From: Alphaproteobacteria bacterium
GTDB lineage: Bacteria > Pseudomonadota > Alphaproteobacteria > Micavibrionales > SZUA-601
Reading direction: 5' to 3'
Assembly (NCBI GenBank): GCA_036404835.1
Contig: DASWYT010000146.1
Coordinates: 1-27,313, forward strand
Length of the DNA stretch: 27,313 bases
The position numbers were made by a program, and so were the translations under genes. The notes beneath the pieces were generated by a model that saw only the letters and a program-made list of their open reading frames with translations, did no database searches and was not told where the DNA came from. Position 1 is the first letter of the stretch. Every line of letters starts with the position of its first letter. Below are positions 14,742-24,284 of this stretch, in pieces.

Positions 14742-16028
14742 ATGAAACAGACATCTGAAAAAATCGCGATTATCGGCCTGGGCTATGTCGGCCTGCCGCT
14801 GGCCGTTGCACTGGGCAACAGATTCGAAAACATCATCGGGTTTGATATCCACCAAGCCCGCGTCGATGCATTGAAAAACAATCACGACTGGACCAACGAA
14901 ACCACCACCGCAGAATTGAAAGAGACCAAGGTCGCTTACACGACCGACAAGGATGCACTCAAAGACGCGACATTTTATATCGTCGCCGTGCCGACACCGG
15001 TTGATTCCTATCACCGTCCGGACCTGACACCGCTGGAAAAAGCCTCGCAACTGATCGGTCCTTATTTGAAAAAAGGCGATATCGTTGTTTTTGAATCGAC
15101 GGTTTATCCGGGCGTTACCGAAGAATTTTGCGGACCTGTCCTGGAAAAAGCCTCCGGCCTGAAAAGCGGCGTCGATTTCTTCCTGGGTTATTCCCCGGAA
15201 CGCATCAATCCGGGCGATAAAGTCAATACGCTGGAAACCATCGTCAAAATCATTTCTGCCCAGGATAAAAAGTCCCTGGACCGTCTGGCTGTTGTTTACG
15301 GCACCGTTGTTAAGGCCGGCCTGCACAGAGCAGAATCCATCAAAGTCGCCGAAGCCGCCAAAGTCATCGAGAACGCACAACGTGACGTCAATATCGCTTT
15401 CATGAATGAAATCGCCATGGTGATGACTGCTTTGGGCATTCGCACCGCCGATGTGCTCAGTGCGATGAACACCAAATGGAATGCGATGAAATTCACGCCA
15501 GGATTGGTTGGCGGCCATTGTATCGGTGTCGATCCGTATTATCTGACATCCCGCGCCGAACAGATGGGCAACCATCTTGATATCATCATGACCGGCCGCC
15601 GCATCAATGACGGTATGGGCGAATTTATCGCCAAACAGACCGTGCATGAAATGATCCAGTCCGGCCTGCTAGTCAAAGGCGCCAAAGTCGGTTTACTGGG
15701 CATTACCTTCAAGGAAAATGTCCCGGACCTGCGCAACAGCCGCGTGCCGGATATTATCAAAGTTCTCGAAGCCTATGGCGTTACCTGTTTCGTGCATGAT
15801 GCGGTCGCTGACCCTGCGCATGTCAAACATGAATATGATCTGACACTGGCTGGTGATGACAAATTAAAAGACCTGGATGCCGTGATCCTGACTGTGGCGC
15901 ATGACCATTACGACAAGAATGCCGCGCGTCTGACATCATACCTCAAACCGAATGGCGTGATGGTCGATGTCAAGTCACGTTACCAGCCGGATGATTTCCC
16001 TGCCCCGCTCCGCTATTGGTCTTTGTAA
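14742..16028 (+). CDS. UDP-N-acetylhexosamine C6 dehydrogenase (WbpO/TviB-like)
   Basis: GLGYVG, VAVPTP, ESTVYPG, YSPERINPG, catalytic VGGHCIGVDPYYL, FKENVPDLRNS. ATG14733 overlaps the -10 box, so ATG14742 is preferred. Confidence 0.92.
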   Translation: MKQTSEKIAIIGLGYVGLPLAVALGNRFENIIGFDIHQARVDALKNNHDWTNETTTAELKETKVAYTTDKDALKDATFYIVAVPTPVDSYHRPDLTPLEKASQLIGPYLKKGDIVVFESTVYPGVTEEFCGPVLEKASGLKSGVDFFLGYSPERINPGDKVNTLETIVKIISAQDKKSLDRLAVVYGTVVKAGLHRAESIKVAEAAKVIENAQRDVNIAFMNEIAMVMTALGIRTADVLSAMNTKWNAMKFTPGLVGGHCIGVDPYYLTSRAEQMGNHLDIIMTGRRINDGMGEFIAKQTVHEMIQSGLLVKGAKVGLLGITFKENVPDLRNSRVPDIIKVLEAYGVTCFVHDAVADPAHVKHEYDLTLAGDDKLKDLDAVILTVAHDHYDKNAARLTSYLKPNGVMVDVKSRYQPDDFPAPLRYWSL

Positions 16029-16068
16029 AACCTGTCCTATATCAGGCGTATAAAACAAAAGGTCCCCG

Positions 16069-17502
16069 ATGTCTTCTACGCTTTACTGGCACCGCCACGA
16101 CTTACGCCTGGGTGATAATCCCGCTCTTTCTTTTGCGGTGGAACAGGGTGCCGTTCAACCGGTTTTTATTCTGGACACGACCAACGATAACCCATGGCCC
16201 TATGGTGCCGCCAGCAAATGGTGGTTGCATCATTCACTGGAATCACTGCAGGAATCTTACAAAAAAGCCGGTGTAGCGTTGCTGTTGCTGGCCGGTGACC
16301 CCGTAAAGATCCTGCCGAAACTGCTCAGGGATACGAAAGCCACATGTGTGGTGTGGAATCGCCGCTATGATGCGTATGGGATTGCACAGGATAAATTCCT
16401 GAAAGAATCCCTGCCCGCCGAGGTCAAAAGTTTCAACGGCAATTTATTGCTGGAACCGTGGCAGATCAAAACCAAAACCGGCGAGAATTACAAAGTCTTC
16501 ACACCCTTCTGGCGCGCCCTGTCTGCGCAAAGCATTTCCATCGATCCGCTGGCAGGTACACCACATCAGATCAAACCTTTTAGCCCGCCGCCCGAAGGCC
16601 TGAATCTAAACGATCTGGATTTACGGCCCACCAAACCGGACTGGGCAAAATCATTTGAACCGCACTGGACCATCGGCGAGACAGAAGCGCAACAAAAACT
16701 GGATAAATTCCTGGATAATACGGTGATCGCTTATAAAGACGGGCGCGATTTTCCGGCACAGGATGATACGTCCCGCCTGTCGCCGCATCTGGCCTTTGGC
16801 GAGATCAGCCCACGCCAGATCTGGTATGCAACCCAGGCGCAACTTTCTGCCCATAAAAAGAATGCAGCCTATACAACTAACGCCGATCATTTCCTGCGCG
16901 AAGTGGCGTGGCGCGAATTTGCTTATCATTTATTGTACCAGTACCCGGACACGCCGACCGAGCCGCTTTATCCGAAATTCAAAGCGATGAAGTGGAAAAA
17001 GAGTAAAAAACACTGGGATTCCTGGACCAAAGGCCAGACCGGTTATCCGATCGTCGATGCCGGGATGCGGCAACTCTGGCAGACCGGTTACATGCATAAC
17101 CGCGTCCGTATGATCGTCGCCTCTTTCCTGATCAAGGATTTGATGATTGCGTGGCAGGACGGAGCGACATGGTTCTGGGATACGCTGGTCGATGCCGATC
17201 TGGCGAATAACACGCTGGGCTGGCAATGGACGGCCGGTTGCGGCGCCGATGCGTCGCCTTATTACCGCATCTTCAACCCCGGCCTGCAAAGTGCAAAATT
17301 CGACAAGAATGGCGATTACATCCGTACCTATGTGCCCGAACTGGCAAAACTCCCCGCAAAATATATCCACGAACCCTGGAAAGCCCCGCCGCTGATTTTA
17401 AAAGAAGCGGGCGTCATCTTAGGTAAAGATTATCCGGAACCGATCATCGACCACGCCACCGCCCGAGACTATGCGCTGCAGGCGTTTAAGGAACTCGTTT
17501 AA
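16069..17502 (+). CDS. phrB: Deoxyribodipyrimidine (CPD) photolyase
   Basis: DLRLGDNPAL, TSRLSPHLAFGEISPR, MHNRVRMIVASFL, GWQWTAGCGADASPYYRIFNP. Confidence 0.95.
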   Translation: MSSTLYWHRHDLRLGDNPALSFAVEQGAVQPVFILDTTNDNPWPYGAASKWWLHHSLESLQESYKKAGVALLLLAGDPVKILPKLLRDTKATCVVWNRRYDAYGIAQDKFLKESLPAEVKSFNGNLLLEPWQIKTKTGENYKVFTPFWRALSAQSISIDPLAGTPHQIKPFSPPPEGLNLNDLDLRPTKPDWAKSFEPHWTIGETEAQQKLDKFLDNTVIAYKDGRDFPAQDDTSRLSPHLAFGEISPRQIWYATQAQLSAHKKNAAYTTNADHFLREVAWREFAYHLLYQYPDTPTEPLYPKFKAMKWKKSKKHWDSWTKGQTGYPIVDAGMRQLWQTGYMHNRVRMIVASFLIKDLMIAWQDGATWFWDTLVDADLANNTLGWQWTAGCGADASPYYRIFNPGLQSAKFDKNGDYIRTYVPELAKLPAKYIHEPWKAPPLILKEAGVILGKDYPEPIIDHATARDYALQAFKELV

Positions 17503-18370
17503 GACGTGCTTTTTTCTCTGCCTTATAAAGCTTTTTCAGTTCTTTTTCTTTATTCTCCGTCCAATCTCCGGCAGCCTCGATCAAGGCCATCGTCGGACGC
17601 TGTGCAGGCGGCATCCAGACTTCATTATATTCCGGCAAAAGCGCCTGATAATTTCTGAACATACCTCGGAATATTTTTTGATACGGCGTGAAAGATTTGT
17701 CTGTCGGTTGATAATTTTTTCCGAAAGCCAGCACATCAATCATATTCGTCTCTTCCGGCAAGGTGACCGGCGCTTTACTCAGGTGGGCTGGATCCATGGC
17801 ATTACGCACCACATATTGCACCGCATGACCAATCGACATGTCCGGATTATTCGCATGATAGGTCCCGGCCTGGAACACAATCTCGTAAAGTGTATTCTGA
17901 TATTGTTTTTCGGTCTGTTGGTATTGCTGGTAAAATTTTGCCAGCTTTTCTTCATGACGCTCAGCCCAAAGCCCAACAACGTTCGCCATGGATTCGACAG
18001 GGCCGAGACCCGGGGGCGTATTCTCTTCTCTATCCTCATCTTCAGCATGCTGAAATTGCATTCCCAGCTCATAGAAACACCAATGACGGTCACTCTTTCT
18101 GCCAACCTCGTCATTATAACCATAGGCCAGCAATTTCATGATAAAATGATGTGGCAGGGATAATAAAACACCTTGCGCCGGTTCGTGTCCCTTTTCACCT
18201 GGCATCTGGGCATCAAAAGCGCTGCTCGCCATCGCAAAGGCAGCACTCTCTATGCCATGCTCTGGATTCAATTCCCGATACTGGCCCATATAGCGCACGA
18301 TATCCTGCATCGACTCCTGATAGAGTTCTTCCGTTACAATTAATGGTGTTTTCTTTTTCCGTGATGCCAT
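17486..18370 (-). CDS. Hypothetical protein (ORFan-like)
   Basis: 294 open codons; AGGAC before the ATG; basic termini; 17-bp convergent overlap with the photolyase. Confidence 0.7.
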   Translation of the reverse strand: MASRKKKTPLIVTEELYQESMQDIVRYMGQYRELNPEHGIESAAFAMASSAFDAQMPGEKGHEPAQGVLLSLPHHFIMKLLAYGYNDEVGRKSDRHWCFYELGMQFQHAEDEDREENTPPGLGPVESMANVVGLWAERHEEKLAKFYQQYQQTEKQYQNTLYEIVFQAGTYHANNPDMSIGHAVQYVVRNAMDPAHLSKAPVTLPEETNMIDVLAFGKNYQPTDKSFTPYQKIFRGMFRNYQALLPEYNEVWMPPAQRPTMALIEAAGDWTENKEKELKKLYKAEKKARLKRVP

Positions 18371-18527
18371 CGTATGTCCTGCCTGATACGCTTATTCTTA
18401 TAAACTTACCGATATTTTAGCGATTATGTCCATTTTTGCAATATGTATATTTATTAAGTTTTTGATTAACTTTACTCTCAACCCTGCTAAAATCACTGCA
18501 TCTTTGATTTTTTAAAGGCTTACCCGA

Positions 18528-19937
18528 ATGACCACGCGTACCGAGACCGATTCCTTTGGCCCGATTGATGTTCCGGCTGATAAATATTGGGGCGCCCAGA
18601 CCCAGCGTTCCCTGCAGAATTTCAAGATCGGCACGGAGACATTATCGCGCCCGATGATCCGCGCGCTGGCCATCGTCAAGAAAGCCGCTGCGCAAGCCAA
18701 TGCCGATTTGGGTGAATTGGACGCCAACCTGGCCGATGCGATTGTCCAGGCCGCCGATGAAGTGATGGAAGGCCGCCACGATAATAATTTCCCGCTCAAA
18801 GTCTGGCAGACCGGTTCCGGCACGCAAAGCCATATGAATATCAACGAAGTCCTGTCCAACCGTGCCATTGAATTGATGGGCGGCGAGATGGGTTCCAAGA
18901 AACCGGTTCACCCGAACGATCATGTCAATCGCGGCCAGTCATCCAACGATTCTTTCCCGACCGCGATGCATATCGCCGCCGCCGAAGAAGCCGTGCATGA
19001 ACTGATTCCGGCATTGGAAGAATTGCACGCCGCGCTCGATGGCAAGGCCAAAGAATTCAAGGACATTATCAAGATCGGCCGCACCCATTTACAGGATGCC
19101 ACACCGGTCACATTGGGCCAGGAATTTTCGGGCTATGCCCAGCAATTGCAGAACGGTATCAAGCGCGTCAAAAACACGCTGCCTTTCCTGTATGAACTGG
19201 CGCAGGGCGGCACGGCTGTCGGCACCGGCCTGAACAGTGCCGAAGGTTTCGCCGAAGGTTTCGCGGCGAAAGTCGCCAAGATCACCGACCTGCCTTTCGT
19301 TACGGCTCCGAATAAATTCGAAGCACTGGCGACGCATGATGCGCTGGTTGATTTCTCCGGCGTGTTGAACACACTGGCAGTTTCCCTGATGAAAATCGCC
19401 AATGATGTGCGTTTGCTGGGCAGCGGCCCGCGTTGCGGCATCGGCGAGATTTCCCTGCCGGAAAATGAGCCGGGTTCTTCGATCATGCCGGGTAAGGTCA
19501 ACCCGACCCAGTCCGAAGCCTTGACGATGGTGTGCGCACAAGTGATGGGCAACCATGTTTCCGTGACAATCGGTGGCGCCAACGGTCATTTCGAACTGAA
19601 CGTCTTCAAGCCGGTGATCATTCACAATGTACTGCAATCGGTGCGCCTGATCGCCGATGGTTGCCGTTCCTTTGCGCAAAATTGCGTTGTCGGGATCGAG
19701 GCCAATCATGACCGCATCACGAAATTGCTGAATGAAAGCCTGATGCTGGTCACCGCACTGAACCCGCATATCGGTTACGACAATGCCGCCAAAGTCGCGA
19801 AGAAAGCCCACCATGAAGGTACGACACTGAAAGAAGCCTGCATCGCATTGGGCCTGTTATCATCCGAAGATTTTGATCGTTTGGTAAAGCCGGACACGAT
19901 GATTGGCCCGACACCGAAGAAACAAAAAGCGGCTTAG
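18528..19937 (+). CDS. fumC: Class II fumarate hydratase
   Basis: [25 protein letters not shown], signature [15 protein letters not shown]. Confidence 0.98.
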   Translation: MTTRTETDSFGPIDVPADKYWGAQTQRSLQNFKIGTETLSRPMIRALAIVKKAAAQANADLGELDANLADAIVQAADEVMEGRHDNNFPLKVWQTGSGTQSHMNINEVLSNRAIELMGGEMGSKKPVHPNDHVNRGQSSNDSFPTAMHIAAAEEAVHELIPALEELHAALDGKAKEFKDIIKIGRTHLQDATPVTLGQEFSGYAQQLQNGIKRVKNTLPFLYELAQGGTAVGTGLNSAEGFAEGFAAKVAKITDLPFVTAPNKFEALATHDALVDFSGVLNTLAVSLMKIANDVRLLGSGPRCGIGEISLPENEPGSSIMPGKVNPTQSEALTMVCAQVMGNHVSVTIGGANGHFELNVFKPVIIHNVLQSVRLIADGCRSFAQNCVVGIEANHDRITKLLNESLMLVTALNPHIGYDNAAKVAKKAHHEGTTLKEACIALGLLSSEDFDRLVKPDTMIGPTPKKQKAA

Positions 19938-19956
19938 TTATAACCCTCATAAAAAC

Positions 19957-19983
19957 AAAAGGCTCCCACTTGGGAGCCTTTTT
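19957..19983. terminator. Bidirectional rho-independent terminator
   Basis: AAAAGGCTCCC-ACTT-GGGAGCCTTTTT between convergent genes. Confidence 0.9.
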
Positions 19984-20428
19984 AGTATTCTACCTTGAGA
20001 GGAATTCCACGCAAAGAAAAAATACCGTAAATAACTAAAGCTGTTGCCAAATAAGGTCCCGCAATCCACAGGAATACGCTTCCTATATCGAAATAACTAT
20101 CCTTACCCTTTAAATATCCCCAGATCAGAAAAGCCATAGAAAAACCAAGGGGTATTAAAAGATAAAGAATTGCATATAGAAATTCTGGTACTTTATTATC
20201 AATCAAGTCATAAATTAATCGTGACAAAAAGACTATCAAAGAAATAAGTACTGCGCTTACTATGAGGGTAAACAATAAAAATAAAGTAGTTAGAACTACA
20301 AAATTTCTAATTTTATCAGTAGGCGTTTGTTTTATTATAAAAGAAATAATAACAATCGGATTACAAATAATCCATGTCCAAAGTGCCGTTTTATTTAAAC
20401 GCTCATACTCGACAATTAGATTATTCAA
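19982..20428 (-). CDS. AT-rich multi-pass membrane protein of unknown function
   Basis: About 4 hydrophobic helices; about 31% GC by hand count over 19981-20400; TTG start overlaps the upstream TGA. Confidence 0.7.
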   Translation of the reverse strand: MNNLIVEYERLNKTALWTWIICNPIVIISFIIKQTPTDKIRNFVVLTTLFLLFTLIVSAVLISLIVFLSRLIYDLIDNKVPEFLYAILYLLIPLGFSMAFLIWGYLKGKDSYFDIGSVFLWIAGPYLATALVIYGIFSLRGIPLKVEY

Positions 20429-20703
20429 TGCCCGGCTTTCCCCTTACCACTCAACACAAATCGTCTGTCGCAGTAACCGCAATCGACGAAACCGTTATGC
20501 GTGTCCATTGTCAGGTAAACAACCGGGTGACCGAGTGCACCGCCTGAGCCATTGCAGGATACGTGATCCGTATCGACATTGACGATTTCAGGCGGCAGGC
20601 GGTTGGTGGCAACCGGCTGGAGGTAACGGCCATGTGGCGCGACGGTGCCCTCAAGGGCTTCATCGGGCGGGGACAGACCTGTATCGGGTGTGTTTGTGCT
20701 CAT
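20425..20703 (-). CDS. zf-CHCC zinc-finger protein (NDUFS6-like)
   Basis: VSCNGSGGALGHPVVYL...CGYCDRRF; SD AAGGAG. Confidence 0.9.
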   Translation of the reverse strand: MSTNTPDTGLSPPDEALEGTVAPHGRYLQPVATNRLPPEIVNVDTDHVSCNGSGGALGHPVVYLTMDTHNGFVDCGYCDRRFVLSGKGKAGH

Positions 20704-20756
20704 GGGCTTAAATTACTCCTTGGCCGCGTTTTCGGCAAGTCTTTAACTTTCGAAAC

Positions 20757-22472
20757 TTAACTTTCAAACCTGGCCATCTGTTCCATCAGGAACGGGGTCA
20801 GTTCCGCCAGCATCGCCGGGCTGAAATCGAATTTGATCCCGGCTGTCTCATATAATTCAGGCAATGATTTGGTTCCCCCCAGAGCCAGAGCCGCTTTGTA
20901 CTGCGCGATAGTCTTGACCGGGTCACGCTGGTAATTGCGCCAGAGCTGCAGGGCCCCTAATTGCGCAATCGCATATTCGATATAATAGAACGGGTCTTCA
21001 AAGACATGGCCCTGTTTCTGCCATTGCGTCCGGTATCCCGGTGTAAACTCGCTGTAATCCACACCTTCGACAGAGAAACGTCTGGCAATCGCATGCCAGG
21101 CATCGTTCCGTTCTTCCGGTGTCATCTCCGGTTTCAGGTAAAACTCATGCTGGATCGCATCGATCTGGGCCATCCAGGGGAACATGACCAGGATAAAGGA
21201 GATAAATTCTTCCTGCGCCCGTTTGCATTCTTCCGTATCACTGAAAAAGACCGGCCATTGATCAAAGGCGAATAATTCCATGGTCATCGAAGCCACTTCG
21301 GCGATTTCCATACCGACAACCTTATAAGCGCCTAACGGTAATCTGCTTTTCAGTATGTCATGCGTCGCATGGCCGGCTTCGTGAATGAATGTTGATGCAT
21401 CATCGACAGTGCTGGTGGCATTGGCAAACATAAAGGCCACATGCGATTCATTCATCGATGCATTATAGGCTCCCGGACGCTTATGCGGACGCGACGCCAG
21501 ATCGAGACGGTCCATATCACGCTGGGCACGTACCACATCACCGAACATCGGATCAATCGCATCCAGCACGGCAATGCCTTTATCCACCATATCATCCGCC
21601 CCATCAAAGGCTTTCAAAGCCGGACGACCGAACGTATCACAAGCCAGGTCCCACGGCTTTAGCACATCCAGTTTCATCTGCCCGGCGCGTTTCTTATTCA
21701 TGTGCGCCAGGATCGGCAGGATATGTTTTTCTACAGCCTCATGGAATTTATAACAATCTTCCGGCGTATAGTCGAAACGCAAATAAGCGTCATGCTGGTA
21801 ATCACGAAAATTCTTGTAACCGGCATTCAGGGCCATTTGATGACGTTTTTTGACCATCTGGTCAAAGATATCATCGAACGTCTCTTTATCCTGCAGACGG
21901 CGGGCATTGATTGCGCGCCACGCCTCTTCCCGCTTGGCACGATCCGGCCAGAACAGGCGCTGGTTGGCCTGTGGCAATGTCATGGTCTCACCATCCAGTA
22001 CCACACTCATAGCACCACGGACTTCATTAGTCTGGCTGACCAGTTGCATCAGTTCCGTTTGCAGCGGCACATTCTCGCTGCGGAACATGGATGCTTCCTG
22101 TTTCAGGCGACGGAATAACAAACGTTCAGCCTCATCCTGCGGTTGCTCGATAAACGGGCTGGCCAGGATTTTCTGGTTGATCGCATTGCCCCATTCGGAC
22201 AATTGCGGCGAAATAAAGGCGACGTAATCATCATAGGCTTTTTTAGCAGCTTCATCATGCGTATACCGGCTGTTACGGACATAGCGCCACATTTCTTCTT
22301 CATTCACAGCCGCGCCAAACTCGGATTCATCACGCATAAATTTATCAAAATCATCGCGTGTGGAAATATCGCGCTCCAGCAATTGTTGCGCATAAGGCGC
22401 CAATGTCTCCCAGTTATCGATCTTTAAATCGACAGGCAGGAACTGGCGTTGCAGCGGCTTGATGTCCAACAT
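20757..22472 (-). CDS. pepF: M3B oligoendopeptidase F family, copy 1
   Basis: FIHEAGH, EVASMTME, KRPGAYN, HVFEDPFYYIEY. Confidence 0.92.
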   Translation of the reverse strand: MLDIKPLQRQFLPVDLKIDNWETLAPYAQQLLERDISTRDDFDKFMRDESEFGAAVNEEEMWRYVRNSRYTHDEAAKKAYDDYVAFISPQLSEWGNAINQKILASPFIEQPQDEAERLLFRRLKQEASMFRSENVPLQTELMQLVSQTNEVRGAMSVVLDGETMTLPQANQRLFWPDRAKREEAWRAINARRLQDKETFDDIFDQMVKKRHQMALNAGYKNFRDYQHDAYLRFDYTPEDCYKFHEAVEKHILPILAHMNKKRAGQMKLDVLKPWDLACDTFGRPALKAFDGADDMVDKGIAVLDAIDPMFGDVVRAQRDMDRLDLASRPHKRPGAYNASMNESHVAFMFANATSTVDDASTFIHEAGHATHDILKSRLPLGAYKVVGMEIAEVASMTMELFAFDQWPVFFSDTEECKRAQEEFISFILVMFPWMAQIDAIQHEFYLKPEMTPEERNDAWHAIARRFSVEGVDYSEFTPGYRTQWQKQGHVFEDPFYYIEYAIAQLGALQLWRNYQRDPVKTIAQYKAALALGGTKSLPELYETAGIKFDFSPAMLAELTPFLMEQMARFES

Positions 22473-22476
22473 GTTA

Positions 22477-24198
22477 TTATTCCTTATTCTTGTAACACGC
22501 TAATCGTTCCGTCAGGAAAGGTACCAGATCAGCAATCATGGCTTCACTGAAATCGAATTTAATTCCGGCTATTCGATAAAGCTCTGGCAGGGACTTGGTG
22601 TAACCCAAAGCCAATGCTTCTTTATACTGTTTGATGGTTTTTTGCGGGTCGTGCAGATAATTCCGCCAGATCTGCAAAGCTCCCATCTGGGAAATCAGAT
22701 ATTCGATATAATAAAATGGCGTACCAAAGAAATGACTGACATTGTGCCAACGCGTACGGTGAATCTCGGGATAAGAACCCAGATCAATCCCCGCCGGTGT
22801 AAAACCCTTCAATTGATCGTACCACAGATCATTCCGGTCTTCCGATGTCATGTCCAGATGGGTATAGATTTCGTGCTGGAATAAATCACCCTGTGCCACA
22901 GGCAGGAATTTCAACATCACCTCTTCCAGGAAATCTTCCTGGGCCCGTTCGCATTCTTCTGTATCGCTCAGGAAGATTGACCATTTATCAAAGACCAGCA
23001 ACTCCATGCTCATCGAAGCCAGTTCCGCCATCTCAATCGGCACCCGTTTATAGGCCTGCAACGGCAGGTCAACCGCCAATAAAGAATGCCCCGCATGCCC
23101 GGCTTCATGCACGAACATACGGACGTCATTCACTTTATCCGTGGTGTTCGCGAACATGAATGGCACATTCGTTTCCGGCAGGCCGCTATTATACGCACCC
23201 GGACGTTTATGCGGACGGGATGCGAGATCCAGACGGCCCATGTCACGCTGCAACCTGACAACATCACCGAAAAACGGATCAACGCCATCCAGCATGACGA
23301 GACCTTTTTCTAATAAATCATCGGAAGATGCAAAAACCTTCAAGGCCGGTCGGCCAAGCGGGTCGACCATCATATCCCAGGGCATCAATCTATCCAATTG
23401 CATTTGCTGGCTGCGTTTACGATACAAGTCAGTCACGAGCGGTGTGAAATGTTTCCGGATTGCCGCATGGAACGTCATGCAATCTTCCGGTGTATAATCG
23501 AAACGCTGCATGGCATCGAACTGGTAATCGCGGAAGTTCTTATAACCCGCATTCAAGGCGATCTGATGACGTTTTTTGACCATCTGATCGAAAATCGTAT
23601 CATATTTCTCTTTATCCTGCAGGCGGCGACCATGCATCGCATGCCAGGCTTTCTCACGCACAGCACGATCCGGACTATAGAAACGACCGGATAATTGTGG
23701 AATGGTCAGCGTTTCTCCATCCAGTTCGACCGTCATGGAACCACGCAATTTATCGCTATCGACGGATAATTGACGCAGCTCCGTCATCAACGGAATATTC
23801 TCGCTGCGGAACATTTTGTCGGCTGCTTTCATGCCGCGGAACATCAATCGTTCCGCTTCATCTCTCGGCTGATCGCTGAACGGGCTGGCCAAAAGTTTCT
23901 TCGTAAGTTTGTTACTCATTTCACTGGCAGCAGGCGTGATATTATTATTCATGTTGCTATAGGCATCCTGGGCTGCCTGGTCATTCGTATGTGTTGTCGT
24001 GCGAATGAAACGCCATGTACTCTCTTCCCCCAGGATACAAGATATTTCATTTATATCACGCTGGAATTGATCAAAATCGTCACGCGTGGAAATATCACGG
24101 CCCAGCAAGATCTGGAAATAAGGTTCGAGCGCCTTCCAATCCGTAACCTTGAAATCCGTTGGCAGGAAACGGCGTTGTAATGGCTCAATTTTTAACAT
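22477..24198 (-). CDS. pepF: M3B oligoendopeptidase F family, copy 2
   Basis: FVHEAGH, ELASMSME, KRPGAYN, HFFGTPFYYIEY. Confidence 0.92.
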   Translation of the reverse strand: MLKIEPLQRRFLPTDFKVTDWKALEPYFQILLGRDISTRDDFDQFQRDINEISCILGEESTWRFIRTTTHTNDQAAQDAYSNMNNNITPAASEMSNKLTKKLLASPFSDQPRDEAERLMFRGMKAADKMFRSENIPLMTELRQLSVDSDKLRGSMTVELDGETLTIPQLSGRFYSPDRAVREKAWHAMHGRRLQDKEKYDTIFDQMVKKRHQIALNAGYKNFRDYQFDAMQRFDYTPEDCMTFHAAIRKHFTPLVTDLYRKRSQQMQLDRLMPWDMMVDPLGRPALKVFASSDDLLEKGLVMLDGVDPFFGDVVRLQRDMGRLDLASRPHKRPGAYNSGLPETNVPFMFANTTDKVNDVRMFVHEAGHAGHSLLAVDLPLQAYKRVPIEMAELASMSMELLVFDKWSIFLSDTEECERAQEDFLEEVMLKFLPVAQGDLFQHEIYTHLDMTSEDRNDLWYDQLKGFTPAGIDLGSYPEIHRTRWHNVSHFFGTPFYYIEYLISQMGALQIWRNYLHDPQKTIKQYKEALALGYTKSLPELYRIAGIKFDFSEAMIADLVPFLTERLACYKNKE

Positions 24199-24230
24199 GA
24201 AAAATCCACAGAGAAATTATACCTTATAAG

Positions 24231-24262
24231 ATAAAAGGCGGCCGGAGTTTGTCCAGCCGCCT
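24231..24262 (-). terminator. Rho-independent terminator after icd
   Basis: Minus strand AGGCGGCUGGA-CAAAC-UCCGGCCGCCU-UUUAU; the U-G wobble supports this orientation. Confidence 0.8.
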
Positions 24263-24284
24263 CTTGATTCAATTCATGAATTAC

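Noticed and set aside
14742-16028. Capsule or O-antigen locus
   Set aside because: The dehydrogenase is an orphan with no glycosyltransferase, flippase or polymerase genes nearby.
18454-18470. CtrA-like box TTAA-N8-TTAAC upstream of fumC
   Set aside because: Spacing is 8, not 7, in an AT-rich region where such matches are common.
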